Source: a virus
Taxonomy: Duplodnaviria > Caudoviricetes
Direction: 5' to 3' (one strand)
IMG/VR virus record: IMGVR_UViG_3300014168_000003
Location: 10,232 to 74,231 of that record
Length of the DNA: 64,000 bases
Shown here: positions 36,649 through 46,577 of the stretch, piece by piece
Layout of the letters: the number at the start of each line of letters is the position of its first letter
How positions within the stretch are numbered: position 1 is the stretch's first letter
Notes under the pieces: model-generated
Database searches by the model: none
Seen by the model: only the letters and a program-made list of their open reading frames with translations
What the model was told of the DNA's origin: nothing
Translations under genes and position numbers: made by a program

Positions 36649-38502
36649 CTAATGCCTTCTCCATGGGTTTTGAACTGCACCATAAGGATTTAATTGATGC
36701 TGAAGCTGCCGCTCGTAGGATCTGAGATGAGCGAGAGAGCCATTCATATCCCATCCGCCTCTAATAGTGCCTGGAATCATATTCTGCGGAACACCTTGCA
36801 TGATATCCCACATAACTCGTTTCCCGTCTCCTATGGCCCATAGCTGAGCCTTATAGGCAGCAAGAGCTACCGCATCCGCCATATCATCATGAGCATCCTT
36901 CTCAGTCGGAGCCTTAACAATAACCTGATATTTATTGATAAAAGATGCCTCTAAGAGCTTCATTTCCAATACAAATGCAGTTACGTTAGGGAATTTTACC
37001 TGACGATTTTCCATGAGGGTTTTAAGTGTGAGGTACATCTGCGAGTTCACACCAGAAGTCAAGTGGAGCAGTTCGATACCGGTGACATGATTTGCGTTCA
37101 GCAACTGAACCAGGAGGGAGCCTCCATACTGGTCTGTCACACCCTGGAAGCATGGAAGCATTGCATGGGCATCCTTTAGCCAATCCAGCACATCGTCCAG
37201 CGGAAGCTCAACAACGTCTTTATACTTGCCTAGCCCCACCATTAGCCTATCAATATAGTCGTATACGAGCCATGCTTTATTTTGACCGCCTTCCCAGTGG
37301 CAAACCGCAAGGGCTGTAGCATCGTGCTTCATGCCCAGATCAAGACCCCAGAAGTAGTTGTGCCCTATCATGGAGGAGGTTAGGGTAGTCATATTGCCAC
37401 GATCCTGATCAACACATTCATCAATCGTCAAGCCCTTGACGTAAGTTTCAGAAGCGTCAAGAAACTCCCCACCATATTCAGCCTTGAACTTCTCAGGGTT
37501 GTCCTTGTATTCCTTTTTGAGGAACGGAGTATCAGAACGGGGGTTCATCTCTGCGGTAGAACACTGGAAGGCTAGGACTGGACTGGAGGGGCCTTCCAGC
37601 AAGGCATCTCTGAACAAGGTGTAATACTTACCAATCTTATTCACTGGGGAAGTTATGATGAAAATCATACTTTCCCTCAGACCGTCACGGGTTCCCCCGC
37701 CCTTAAACTGCATCGTTGCAGGGGCGGCGGCGGAGTACATCTCATCGGAAGTGGAACCAATCTGCTGCCGATAGTGGGCGAACTCATCCAATGCTAAGAA
37801 ATAGCTGCTAGGCCCACGCACAGCATTTGTGGTGCAGGGATAGGCAGCAGCCTTGATGGAGGGAGTGAGTTCCCGTTTGCCACGGTCAGACTCGGAGATG
37901 AAGGTCATCTCCTCACCGGTCATGGATTTAATATAAGGAGCAAAGAAGGGGGCTCGGTTGATGTCCTCTTTAAGCTGATCGTACAAACGGCTGGATCCCT
38001 TAGAGTCCTGGGCCATCATGGTCAGATCAATAGGGGAACCGGGAACCAGACCGTAGTATTCCTGGGGGTCTCGATGACTCAGGAGAAGATAGAGCTTATA
38101 GGCGGCGACTGCGGCGACCACAACGCTCTTACCACCACGACGACCAACAATCATGTCAATTTCATTGTATCCGAGTGGATTTGCATCCTCCCAGGTGGGA
38201 ATGTTGATTCGACCCTTTTCGAATACATAACGGATATATTCACGTTCTGTAAAGGTGAAGAGTAACTTTTCGCAGAATTGGTCGTAAACGGGAACTTCCC
38301 GCTCATCCCAATCCATCGGAATGCCAAAGATTAACTTGATCAGAACACGCTGAACTGGATATAAGGTTATATTCAATCCACTTGGTGATTCAATGAACTC
38401 CAGGGCATTGAGCAGGGTTGTACTGTCTGTGATATGGGTGTCAACCAACCCACCCAACACAGACTCTCTTGATTTTTGGCTGAATCTCTGTCTACTACTC
38501 AC
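36649..38502 (-). CDS. terL: Terminase large subunit
   Basis: MIVGRRGGKS (Walker A), LALDEFAH (Walker B), IITSP (motif III), FKAEYGGEF, GLDLGMKHDATAL, HDDMADA. Confidence 0.92.
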   Translation of the reverse strand: MSSRQRFSQKSRESVLGGLVDTHITDSTTLLNALEFIESPSGLNITLYPVQRVLIKLIFGIPMDWDEREVPVYDQFCEKLLFTFTEREYIRYVFEKGRINIPTWEDANPLGYNEIDMIVGRRGGKSVVVAAVAAYKLYLLLSHRDPQEYYGLVPGSPIDLTMMAQDSKGSSRLYDQLKEDINRAPFFAPYIKSMTGEEMTFISESDRGKRELTPSIKAAAYPCTTNAVRGPSSYFLALDEFAHYRQQIGSTSDEMYSAAAPATMQFKGGGTRDGLRESMIFIITSPVNKIGKYYTLFRDALLEGPSSPVLAFQCSTAEMNPRSDTPFLKKEYKDNPEKFKAEYGGEFLDASETYVKGLTIDECVDQDRGNMTTLTSSMIGHNYFWGLDLGMKHDATALAVCHWEGGQNKAWLVYDYIDRLMVGLGKYKDVVELPLDDVLDWLKDAHAMLPCFQGVTDQYGGSLLVQLLNANHVTGIELLHLTSGVNSQMYLTLKTLMENRQVKFPNVTAFVLEMKLLEASFINKYQVIVKAPTEKDAHDDMADAVALAAYKAQLWAIGDGKRVMWDIMQGVPQNMIPGTIRGGWDMNGSLAHLRSYERQLQHQLNPYGAVQNPWRRH

Positions 38503-38525
38503 ATTACCTTACTTTCTCAGTCAGC

Positions 38526-39800
38526 TTAGAACTCGAAGTTCTCCGCTTCCTTGACAAAGTAAGCCTCCAACGAAGGGGGTAGCTCTTTATAACCATTAGA
38601 GGCCAGGGCTTCGATATACATAATCATAGCCTGCTCCCCGAACTGGTCCCAAACAGCAGAGAAATCCTTTGCACCGAACTTGTTATTCTTGGCCACGCAA
38701 CGGTTGATGATACCAGCCGTCACACCCCTGCCACGATAGCTGGAGTTGGAGTTTAGATCTTTCACTAGTCCCTCAGCGGGGCAAGAAGCGATAACCTTGT
38801 CCAGGGAAGCAGTGTCGGTCTCGTTCAACTGATCAGGAGGAATCAGGCCAGCCAGATAGGGATCAACAGCCGTGGCAGCACGAAGGATGCCTAGAGCTTC
38901 CTGGGGGAGACTAGAAACGGAGCTTGCGTTGAACTCAACTCCTACCTGTTTGGCTGTGGCTTCCAGAGATGGGAAGGTTCCACCACCGGACCCACCGGAC
39001 CCACCGGTCTGCCAGATCACATCATCGGCGGGGTTGTAGACATCAGCCTTGGAACCGTCCGTGGCGATAGCGTAACGACTGATTCCATCACGAACTAGGA
39101 AGTAGAAATCCCCTTCGTTCATATAAGGACGAGTCTTCCATGCTTCACCACTGTAATCGCGGCCCACACACCAACTCACACCCCACCAGCCATTCATTCC
39201 CAGCCAGCTTCCAGCTTCCTTGCCCTTCGGATCACCCTGCTCAATCTTGTAGCACTTCCAGGGTCCGTCCTGAGCAATTACCTTACTACCTTCGGCTACG
39301 GCTTGCCGTGGGTTACCGGGCTGTCCACCTTTGGCAGATTCGGCTTCTTCTGGAAGGTTATCGATGGTGAACTTGGCCTTAACTTTCTGGCCCTTCTCTG
39401 TGGCAGCCGCTTCCTGCATGTCTGACAGGGTGGCGTAAGATTCAACGTTGGTTGCCTCTCCGGTCAAAGTCTGATCCTTGACGGCCTGCTCGAAATTGGC
39501 CAGCGTAGAACTGACACGAGGCTTGTCCTCAAAGTCAATCTGACCCTCTGGGGTCATCTTCAAGACGAACCCTGGAGGGGTGATACCCCAAAGCTGCTTG
39601 GCCAGATACTTCAAATAAACCTTCTGACGGTTTGGTGGGAGACCTGGAGGTAGGGTGGAATCCAAGGCTGCGAGGACTGCTCCAATCTGAGCTTCATCCT
39701 TGGGGAAGGTTGGCTTAGCTTTGTACATTTGTACGATAGTGGCCTTGGTGGACCCAGAGACATCAGCCAGGAAAAGTCTTGCAGTGAGTGAGAGTTTCAT
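38526..39800 (-). CDS. Hypothetical large-phage protein with a G..WC motif domain
   Basis: 424 aa; GVSWCVGRDY..YMNEGDFYFL; late-class motif upstream at 39808-39828. Confidence 0.65.
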   Translation of the reverse strand: MKLSLTARLFLADVSGSTKATIVQMYKAKPTFPKDEAQIGAVLAALDSTLPPGLPPNRQKVYLKYLAKQLWGITPPGFVLKMTPEGQIDFEDKPRVSSTLANFEQAVKDQTLTGEATNVESYATLSDMQEAAATEKGQKVKAKFTIDNLPEEAESAKGGQPGNPRQAVAEGSKVIAQDGPWKCYKIEQGDPKGKEAGSWLGMNGWWGVSWCVGRDYSGEAWKTRPYMNEGDFYFLVRDGISRYAIATDGSKADVYNPADDVIWQTGGSGGSGGGTFPSLEATAKQVGVEFNASSVSSLPQEALGILRAATAVDPYLAGLIPPDQLNETDTASLDKVIASCPAEGLVKDLNSNSSYRGRGVTAGIINRCVAKNNKFGAKDFSAVWDQFGEQAMIMYIEALASNGYKELPPSLEAYFVKEAENFEF

Positions 39801-39812
39801 GTAGTACCTCTA

Positions 39813-40295
39813 TTAAATGTGAGAAAGTTCGGGTTCGTCGCCACTGATAGACTCTTCCCATTGATCAACTGCATCCTCTTCCAGAGGAAAGAACTGGCCG
39901 GTGACGGAACCGTCCTCAGATTCGTGAATGATAGCACCGTGGTTGCGCTTCAACATCTCGGAATCGGCCCCACTGGAGACACCAGACCCTTCTGGACTGC
40001 CCTCAGAGAGCATACCCAAGTAGAGGCCCCACCAACCATTACCATGGTTAGGGTCGCCAGATTCGAGGTCTGGTTTCAAACCATACAAGTACTCGGTAGC
40101 GGGGGTATCGAAGCTCCTGGGGGCTGCGGCAGCCCTCTTTGCCCCTGTTTTACGCCCCAGGTGAAGAGCGTTGATCACATTCTTGAGGAGTTCGATGGCC
40201 TTGGACTGTGCTTCAGGTTTCTGATCCCGAAGTTCCAAAACCTCACTCATCAGATTTTTCAACTGAGCGATAACAATATTCGTATCAGACATCAA
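39813..40295 (-). CDS. Hypothetical protein
   Basis: 160 aa; helical N-part, then KRAAAA, then GWWGLY..GAIIHESEDGSV module. Confidence 0.65.
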   Translation of the reverse strand: MMSDTNIVIAQLKNLMSEVLELRDQKPEAQSKAIELLKNVINALHLGRKTGAKRAAAAPRSFDTPATEYLYGLKPDLESGDPNHGNGWWGLYLGMLSEGSPEGSGVSSGADSEMLKRNHGAIIHESEDGSVTGQFFPLEEDAVDQWEESISGDEPELSHI

Positions 40296-43037
40296 TTACT
40301 CCTTGGTTCCCGTAATATACTTATACGTGATATCCAGCGTTTCCAGATCAACCTTTTCGATTCTCACAAAGATTTCGTAGAGGAAGCGACCGTCCGGACC
40401 ATCATGCCATACTCCACCCTGAGCCCATGCGTTGTTGATTGCTTCGGTAAGCTCCCCGCTGTTAATTGAGGAAAGCAGGGATTTGAACTGAGCCACATAC
40501 GGACTCATTCCTCCACTAGTGAGCAGGGGATTCATGGGGCAAATAGTGGATTCGTTTGCCAAATTGATCACTGAGTAAGAAGGACTGTTGGTGAAAAGAG
40601 GGCGATCCGTTACCACAAAAGCTGCCAACAAGGAAGAAGCAATCTCCCCAGCTAGTTTACGGAGAAATTCTGCTATAATGGTTGCCTTGGCGGGGGCAGC
40701 CGCAGTCTTGTTTTCCAGAGATGACTTCATAGTCAACAGGGCTGGCTCAATGTCAGTGTGGATTCGATAGAATTGATCTGAGAAGAAGGGTCCACGAATC
40801 GAACGCTCATTGGGTTTAAGCGGAACAGAGGAATTGTCCTGCTCGGTCTGGAGCAATCCAGGTTCCCCTAGAGAGTGCTTCATACCATTGTCACTGTAGT
40901 CTTTATCTGTCACCTGGGACTCGCCACCCGGCTCATTCTGTAGCTCCAGGGAGAGGGGAGGGGGAGTAGAGTTGCGCTCTGGGTAACCGATAGGATAATC
41001 AGAGGTATCCTTTAAAATTTCAGGATAGAACTGCTCCAAGGCTTCACCAGGGTGCATATAAGTCAGGGCCAGCTTGTGTGCGGATGCAGTTTTCACATCA
41101 CCGGCTGTTTTTTGACTGAAATCAGTCCCACAGTTTCGGCAACGGAAGTGCTCACGCCCACCAAGATTCCCCATCGAAACTCCGGGGCCAGCACAATTGG
41201 GGCAGAACACGCCATCCCCTTGATTATCTTCCTGCTCAGTGCGGGTCATGACTTTGAAGCTATCCTTACCATAAGGCTGAAGGAGTCCCTGCTGCGTCAG
41301 GAAAGAAAACACAGCCTTGACATTGTTGGTCATGTGAGACAGAAGACTCATAAGATTCTGCTTAGAGAGATACTCCCCCTCATGCTGCTCCACTAGCCGA
41401 TTAGCAGCAGAGCTAACAGCCTGATCGGCTGCCTTCTTATTTGCTGCAATATCCTCTGCGTGATCAGTTTCTTTGGTGGGCTCATCTTTTGAGGCAAAGT
41501 CAGATTTGAAGGTTTCTCGCATCTGCGTATAACCATTCAAAACTTCACCACTTGCTACTTTCTCTAAAAAAGTGGCCATCCTGGCTGAGCCGAAGTGTAC
41601 TGGCTCTTCTTCAGTCGGTTGGGAACCTGGATCCTGGAAATCCTCCTGGGCTCGGGTTCCGGTATTTGGAGAGGTGGGGATCCTTACCGAACCGGCATCC
41701 CCAGTGGCGGTTCGATCAGTAAAATTTTCCTTGTTTCCCGTTCCGGCTGAGGAGCACTCACCCTGGCACCCTGGACTTCCACAAACGGGGCAATACCCCT
41801 CGTATGGGCCTACTTCTCCTTCGGCGGCAGCTTTGCTACCAGCGGTCTTTTTTTTTAATTGTATGGTCAGTTCGTCAAAAACACTCGACTCTTCGGGAGT
41901 AATTTTGTCGGCCAAAATCAATGGAAGAGCGGAGGCATTAAGACGAATCCACTTGGACTCTTTGGGGAGAATATGACCACTTCCAGGCTGCGGGGTAGGT
42001 GCGGGAATCTGACCCCCGGAAAGCTCCAATTCCCCATCATCACTGACGTACATGTCACATTCACCAAATGAATGAGCCAACTTGTCAAGAGATTGCTGAG
42101 TCTCTGGAGAGAGTGCATCCTCATCCCAGAATCCAGTGCCATGGCCATTACGATTCAACCAAAATAGGTGCCCCGCTTGCTCTGAACTCAAGGCATCCAA
42201 TTCAGGACCGGCCATCTCCATGAAAGCTGTGCAATCTTCTTCGGCCTTTCTAAGAGCTTCAGTAGAGAAATCCTCAATAGAGAATTTTCCGTCTCTGTCT
42301 AGTGGTTCCCCTGTCTCATCTGATCCGGTCCAAATTGCAGCTTCCAGATAGGCCGTAGTAAACTCATCCGGACTCATCTTCATGATGGCTGCAATCTTTG
42401 CCATCTTGTCCAATTTTGGATAAACGTTCTCCTTAGACTGAAACTCATAAGCGGGGCCAAGATGATCATGAGTGATGTTCACCGCATCCAGCTTAATTGC
42501 ATCCTCAGCCAACGTATCAAACAATGCAGAGAGGCTGGGGTTGTAGTAGGCGGAGAACACCAAATGACGTACCAGGAGGGTCAGTTTCGGAATTTCCTTG
42601 GTGAAGCGGAAGGCGTGGAGATCGCGGACATTCCCCCAGGCTGGCTGGAAAATGACAATGCAGCCCAGTTTTCCCTCTGAATCCTTGAACACTTTATCCT
42701 TGTATTCACTGACCTCTTTTGGGGTCAGATTATCGAACTCACTAGTGCTGAGCCGGTGCATTTCCAGATAAGAGGCATCTTCTCCATCAAAGAGACGAAT
42801 CACCGCTCCCTTGAGTAGGGGGTCAGGAATCTTGTCCATTTCATCCATGACAGAAGCGGGAATGACCATCAGTTTGCCAACGTAAAGATCCTGTCGGAGC
42901 CCACGACGACTAACATCCAGGGACTGGATTTCACGAGAGGAGATAGCCTTCTTCTCGGCATCAATGAGACAAGCAACGACACCCTGAAGGATGCCCTCCA
43001 AGCCCAACGTTGTGAATGATTTTTCTACTCGTGCCAT
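40296..43037 (-). CDS. Large modular K-x-A-rich protein, putative internal head polyprotein
   Basis: 913 aa; modules (AGHLFWLNRNGHGTGFWD domain, two Zn ribbons) separated by KIAA, KTAG, KVAS, KKAA, KTAS, KTAA. Confidence 0.7.
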   Translation of the reverse strand: MARVEKSFTTLGLEGILQGVVACLIDAEKKAISSREIQSLDVSRRGLRQDLYVGKLMVIPASVMDEMDKIPDPLLKGAVIRLFDGEDASYLEMHRLSTSEFDNLTPKEVSEYKDKVFKDSEGKLGCIVIFQPAWGNVRDLHAFRFTKEIPKLTLLVRHLVFSAYYNPSLSALFDTLAEDAIKLDAVNITHDHLGPAYEFQSKENVYPKLDKMAKIAAIMKMSPDEFTTAYLEAAIWTGSDETGEPLDRDGKFSIEDFSTEALRKAEEDCTAFMEMAGPELDALSSEQAGHLFWLNRNGHGTGFWDEDALSPETQQSLDKLAHSFGECDMYVSDDGELELSGGQIPAPTPQPGSGHILPKESKWIRLNASALPLILADKITPEESSVFDELTIQLKKKTAGSKAAAEGEVGPYEGYCPVCGSPGCQGECSSAGTGNKENFTDRTATGDAGSVRIPTSPNTGTRAQEDFQDPGSQPTEEEPVHFGSARMATFLEKVASGEVLNGYTQMRETFKSDFASKDEPTKETDHAEDIAANKKAADQAVSSAANRLVEQHEGEYLSKQNLMSLLSHMTNNVKAVFSFLTQQGLLQPYGKDSFKVMTRTEQEDNQGDGVFCPNCAGPGVSMGNLGGREHFRCRNCGTDFSQKTAGDVKTASAHKLALTYMHPGEALEQFYPEILKDTSDYPIGYPERNSTPPPLSLELQNEPGGESQVTDKDYSDNGMKHSLGEPGLLQTEQDNSSVPLKPNERSIRGPFFSDQFYRIHTDIEPALLTMKSSLENKTAAAPAKATIIAEFLRKLAGEIASSLLAAFVVTDRPLFTNSPSYSVINLANESTICPMNPLLTSGGMSPYVAQFKSLLSSINSGELTEAINNAWAQGGVWHDGPDGRFLYEIFVRIEKVDLETLDITYKYITGTKE

Positions 43038-43039
43038 TA

Positions 43040-43537
43040 TTACCTCTGAAGAAAACTGGAATCGATTTTTTCGGTTTGTTTGCGAAGCTCTGGCTCCATC
43101 TGAGTTACCGTGTCTCGGAAATTACGGAGTAGAGTGTTAGTTTGGTCCTCGCTGAATCCGGAATCTTTGGCTGACTTTCTAACCGCACCGGCAAGCTCTT
43201 GGAAAACAAACTGGAATTTAGGGCCATCAAAGTTCAAGAAATCCTTCTTGGAAAGAAGTTCAGACTCACTGAGAGTCTTGGATAGATCCCTGAGCGATCT
43301 GATTTGCTCTGTGTAGAGCTTTTGCTTGTACATGTTGGCCTGGGAGAGCATACTCATCTCTCCCGTAACCACAGCGATCTCACCAGCAATCAGTCGATTA
43401 ATCTCAGATACGGGCTGATTAGGGTCATTGATTTTACCCAGAATCTCCACCATACGCTTAGACAGTTCCCCCTCAGAGGGCTTTCCAGCCGCCTCTGTGC
43501 TCTGAACCGTGAAAGTGATTAATCCGTCTTTTTCCAT
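43040..43537 (-). CDS. Hypothetical all-helical protein
   Basis: 165 aa, tightly coupled to neighbours. Confidence 0.65.
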   Translation of the reverse strand: MEKDGLITFTVQSTEAAGKPSEGELSKRMVEILGKINDPNQPVSEINRLIAGEIAVVTGEMSMLSQANMYKQKLYTEQIRSLRDLSKTLSESELLSKKDFLNFDGPKFQFVFQELAGAVRKSAKDSGFSEDQTNTLLRNFRDTVTQMEPELRKQTEKIDSSFLQR

Positions 43538-44860
43538 TTAGTCCTCGATGTTGATTTCTGACGAACGAGTCAATTCCACATCAGTATCGGCCTGCTCTGG
43601 CACTTCTTTATACTCGATGGGGCTGTCCTCTCCAGTATCAAGGAGATCAAATTCAAATAGGACTTCACGCCCGTCTTTCACACCCTCATGAGCAATATGC
43701 TTCGAGGATACACGATCCATTCCAGGGAACGTCAGAAGAGTTCCACCGGTCAGACCACAATGCATTCCATTTCGATAGGTGCAAGAAGCACATTTACCTT
43801 CACCTACAATAGCATTGCCAGTTGCCAGCTTGTTCTTCAATAAGGAGCAGTCGATTGCAGCCAGCACAACCTTCGCACCACTCTTCTTAAGACCAATAAT
43901 GTAGCGTTTGATCGCGGCCATCGCAGAAGTCTTACCATATTGAGCCGCAGCGGTCTTATATACATCCTTAAGGGGGATACCTGAACTGACCATAGTGCCG
44001 ATCTCTTCAACACTGGCCTCCTTGTGGACCATGGATTGCTTGTCACCAGCGGTTCGGACCACATACTTTTCAGTATTGCGGCTGTAAGGAAGGGCCTGAG
44101 CTTCTTTCTCTCCACCTTCATGCATCTTGACCAATGTGGCCTTCAGAGTTCCAGCGATTTTAATGTCCTTGGCTTTTAGATTCGCTTTGACCACCGTCTC
44201 AAGCTCCTTGGCTGAAGCAACGATGGGGCGACTGTAGAGGGTGCAATTACCGCAGTTGTTATACTTGCATCCAGGGCAGGCGGCGATTTTCTTGACTGAC
44301 ATGGCGTTCAGGTGGCCATTCTTTTGAATCTCCTTGGCAGAAGCCACACAGGAGTTCATATAGAAATTAGGCTCCAAATAGGCTAACCCAGCCTGCCCAG
44401 CCTGATCCTTAAGGAACTCGGTTGTAGTCTTCTTGTCATAGACCTTTAGAGCGGATTCAGCCATCTTTTCCATCATACCTGCAACACGACTAGGTTTATG
44501 CCCCAGGCTTAGGAGGTAATTGACTCGATTCTTGATTTCCGCATCTGTGATCACATCAAGTTCATTATGCTGTTCTACGGCTCCAAGGGCCTTGAACGCA
44601 TCAGCCAGAGCAGAGTCACCCGTGGTCGCATCTTTGATTGGTTTGGTCTCACGACCTCCAGCGGCGGTTCGGCCAGCCGGAACAACGGTGTGCTCAGATC
44701 TTCCCCCAATTTGATCAAGGAAGGCGTTGTCCACCTGGGACGAGGCGTCAGTGAACTGCTCATCCATCTTCTGGGGCTTTTTCAAGCCAATGTTCCCGTA
44801 GTCGGGCTCTACGTCCTGAAGGAAGGAATCGATAAGAGAAAATTGCTTGTTGTCGTCCAT
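43538..44860 (-). CDS. Putative virion protein with two Cys-rich repeats
   Basis: CPGCKYNNCGNCTLYSRPIV and CASCTYRNGMHCGLTGGTLL; many K/R-x-A motifs. Confidence 0.7.
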   Translation of the reverse strand: MDDNKQFSLIDSFLQDVEPDYGNIGLKKPQKMDEQFTDASSQVDNAFLDQIGGRSEHTVVPAGRTAAGGRETKPIKDATTGDSALADAFKALGAVEQHNELDVITDAEIKNRVNYLLSLGHKPSRVAGMMEKMAESALKVYDKKTTTEFLKDQAGQAGLAYLEPNFYMNSCVASAKEIQKNGHLNAMSVKKIAACPGCKYNNCGNCTLYSRPIVASAKELETVVKANLKAKDIKIAGTLKATLVKMHEGGEKEAQALPYSRNTEKYVVRTAGDKQSMVHKEASVEEIGTMVSSGIPLKDVYKTAAAQYGKTSAMAAIKRYIIGLKKSGAKVVLAAIDCSLLKNKLATGNAIVGEGKCASCTYRNGMHCGLTGGTLLTFPGMDRVSSKHIAHEGVKDGREVLFEFDLLDTGEDSPIEYKEVPEQADTDVELTRSSEINIED

Positions 44861-44874
44861 TAGGGTTTACCTTT

Positions 44875-45189
44875 TTAGAAATCGAGTTGGGCCAGGATAT
44901 CTTTCAAATATCCATTGGGATCTTCAGGGTCGGCTGCGGAAAGTTTTTCGTTGAAGTCCACTTCTATTGAAGACACACGTTTCACTTTATCCCCGTCCAC
45001 TTTCCATAAATCCTTGCTGCTTGGGCATTCGAAAAAGTTTCCAGCGACTCTGATGAGTCCCATCGACGCAGCCTTCTTCAACCCTTTGTCTGACGCTTGT
45101 TTCGAAGACGCCAGCTTCTGGGTCTTGCCAGATAGGTAGTAAACTTGCTGGTTAATATCGGCTTGCATGGGTGTGCGACTCCATTTCAT
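44875..45189 (-). CDS. Small K-x-A-rich protein
   Basis: KLASSKQASDKGLKKAASMG, SKDLWKVDG. Confidence 0.65.
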   Translation of the reverse strand: MKWSRTPMQADINQQVYYLSGKTQKLASSKQASDKGLKKAASMGLIRVAGNFFECPSSKDLWKVDGDKVKRVSSIEVDFNEKLSAADPEDPNGYLKDILAQLDF

Positions 45190-45222
45190 TAATGGGTCAG
45201 ATAGTCTTTTTTAGCGATGGTC

Positions 45223-45972
45223 TTAATTGTTCGCACGGGACAGAAGGAAATGGTCAAACTCTGGGGCCGCTACGTTAATTTCAAATTTCCCCAACATGTC
45301 TGGATCTCGACGGTAAATGGGGCATATCTTGGCACGTTCTCGTTGGCTCAGTCCTCTCCCCTGTGCGGAGGCTTTATCTATCAGTCCAAACACATAGGCT
45401 CCTAGAGCCAGCGTAGGGGAATCCTTGGTGGCTAGAAGCGTCTTAGAAAGGGTAGAGAGGGCTCTCCTCACATCAGGACGTTTTACCCCAAACGCCAATG
45501 CTACGGTCTTGAAGGAGCGGGTCTTGGCATAGAGATCGATCATGTCAGAGTAGGGGATGGGAACGGCTCGTTCCTCTGGGTAGAAGTTAACCATATCAAT
45601 GGTCTCTAGTGTTCTATCTATTTTCTCTTTGGAGGGGATGCCCATAAGGATATAGGTGCCGAGTCGTTTCATGGCTAATCTGAGTTTAAAACTGCAAATA
45701 GTTTGTGTGGAACCATGAAGTCTGGCTATTGACCATTGGGTTTTACTGAGCAGGTAATAGGATAGGAGCAATTCTTGGTCCTCAAAACTCAAGAACTTCA
45801 AATATTCCATAAATTTGCCAAAATTGTCTTGGATATAAGATATGGTGCTTTGAGATACCATATCTGCCTGAGTTTCCAACGATAGAGTATGGTCTCCTTG
45901 GTAATCGTCTGGATCTAGCAACATAGCTCTTGATGCTACAATTGACTCGAAGTACGGGCTGTTCTCGGCCAA
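45223..45972 (-). CDS. Sigma region 4-like double-HTH regulator
   Basis: LSFEDQELLLSYYLLSKTQWSIARLHGSTQTICSFKLRLAMKRL and a second HTH SFKTVALAFGVKRPDVRRAL. Confidence 0.6.
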   Translation of the reverse strand: MAENSPYFESIVASRAMLLDPDDYQGDHTLSLETQADMVSQSTISYIQDNFGKFMEYLKFLSFEDQELLLSYYLLSKTQWSIARLHGSTQTICSFKLRLAMKRLGTYILMGIPSKEKIDRTLETIDMVNFYPEERAVPIPYSDMIDLYAKTRSFKTVALAFGVKRPDVRRALSTLSKTLLATKDSPTLALGAYVFGLIDKASAQGRGLSQRERAKICPIYRRDPDMLGKFEINVAAPEFDHFLLSRANN

Positions 45973-46019
45973 ATCAAGCTCCTTAAGATGTGATTCTTCT
46001 GTATATTACTGTATAAACT

Positions 46020-46057
46020 AAACTGCGTGAGGGTAATTTTTACCTATCACGCAGTTT
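46020..46057 (-). terminator. Hairpin downstream of the 46077-46559 gene, probable terminator
   Basis: aaactgcgtga...tcacgcagttt 11-bp stem with inner ggtaa/ttacc; followed on the minus strand by TAGTTT. Confidence 0.55.
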
Positions 46058-46076
46058 AACTTGATTTTGTGATGCA

Positions 46077-46559
46077 TTACATCATGCATTTTTCTTCGGC
46101 TGGTGCAACTGGGGGCTCACCAAGATGCTCTTCAGCGATCTCAACCTCATCTACTGGACCCTCAACTGGTTCCTCAGAAGTCTCACCGAGAGAGAAGCCG
46201 AGGTTACTGGAAAGATTCTCAATTGCGAGAGCTACTTCATCAACGGCATTATAAATCTCATTGAGAGCTTCTTCTACTTTTTCAGGAGCTTCCTCAGCCA
46301 GTTTCTTCAACATAGTGGCGAACTTCTTACGGGCTGCTACCTTCTCACGAATAGAGGCTTCTTTTGGGGTTGGGGTTAGATCGAGATTTTCGATCAGTGC
46401 TTCCGAAGCCTCTGCCATACTGGAAAATGCTTCTGATAATTCACAAAGAGCATCCGACAGAGCGGCAGGATCTTCATTGGCAATTTGCTTGAATCGGGCA
46501 AATTTTACAGGCTGTTCAGCGGCAACAACCGGGGTTTCTAGTTCTCTTTTCTCACGCAT
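46077..46559 (-). CDS. Acidic helical K-x-A-rich protein
   Basis: 160 aa, GGAGG RBS, two helical repeats after KQIA and KKLA. Confidence 0.7.
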   Translation of the reverse strand: MREKRELETPVVAAEQPVKFARFKQIANEDPAALSDALCELSEAFSSMAEASEALIENLDLTPTPKEASIREKVAARKKFATMLKKLAEEAPEKVEEALNEIYNAVDEVALAIENLSSNLGFSLGETSEEPVEGPVDEVEIAEEHLGEPPVAPAEEKCMM

Positions 46560-46577
46560 GAGGGTTCCTCCAAAGGA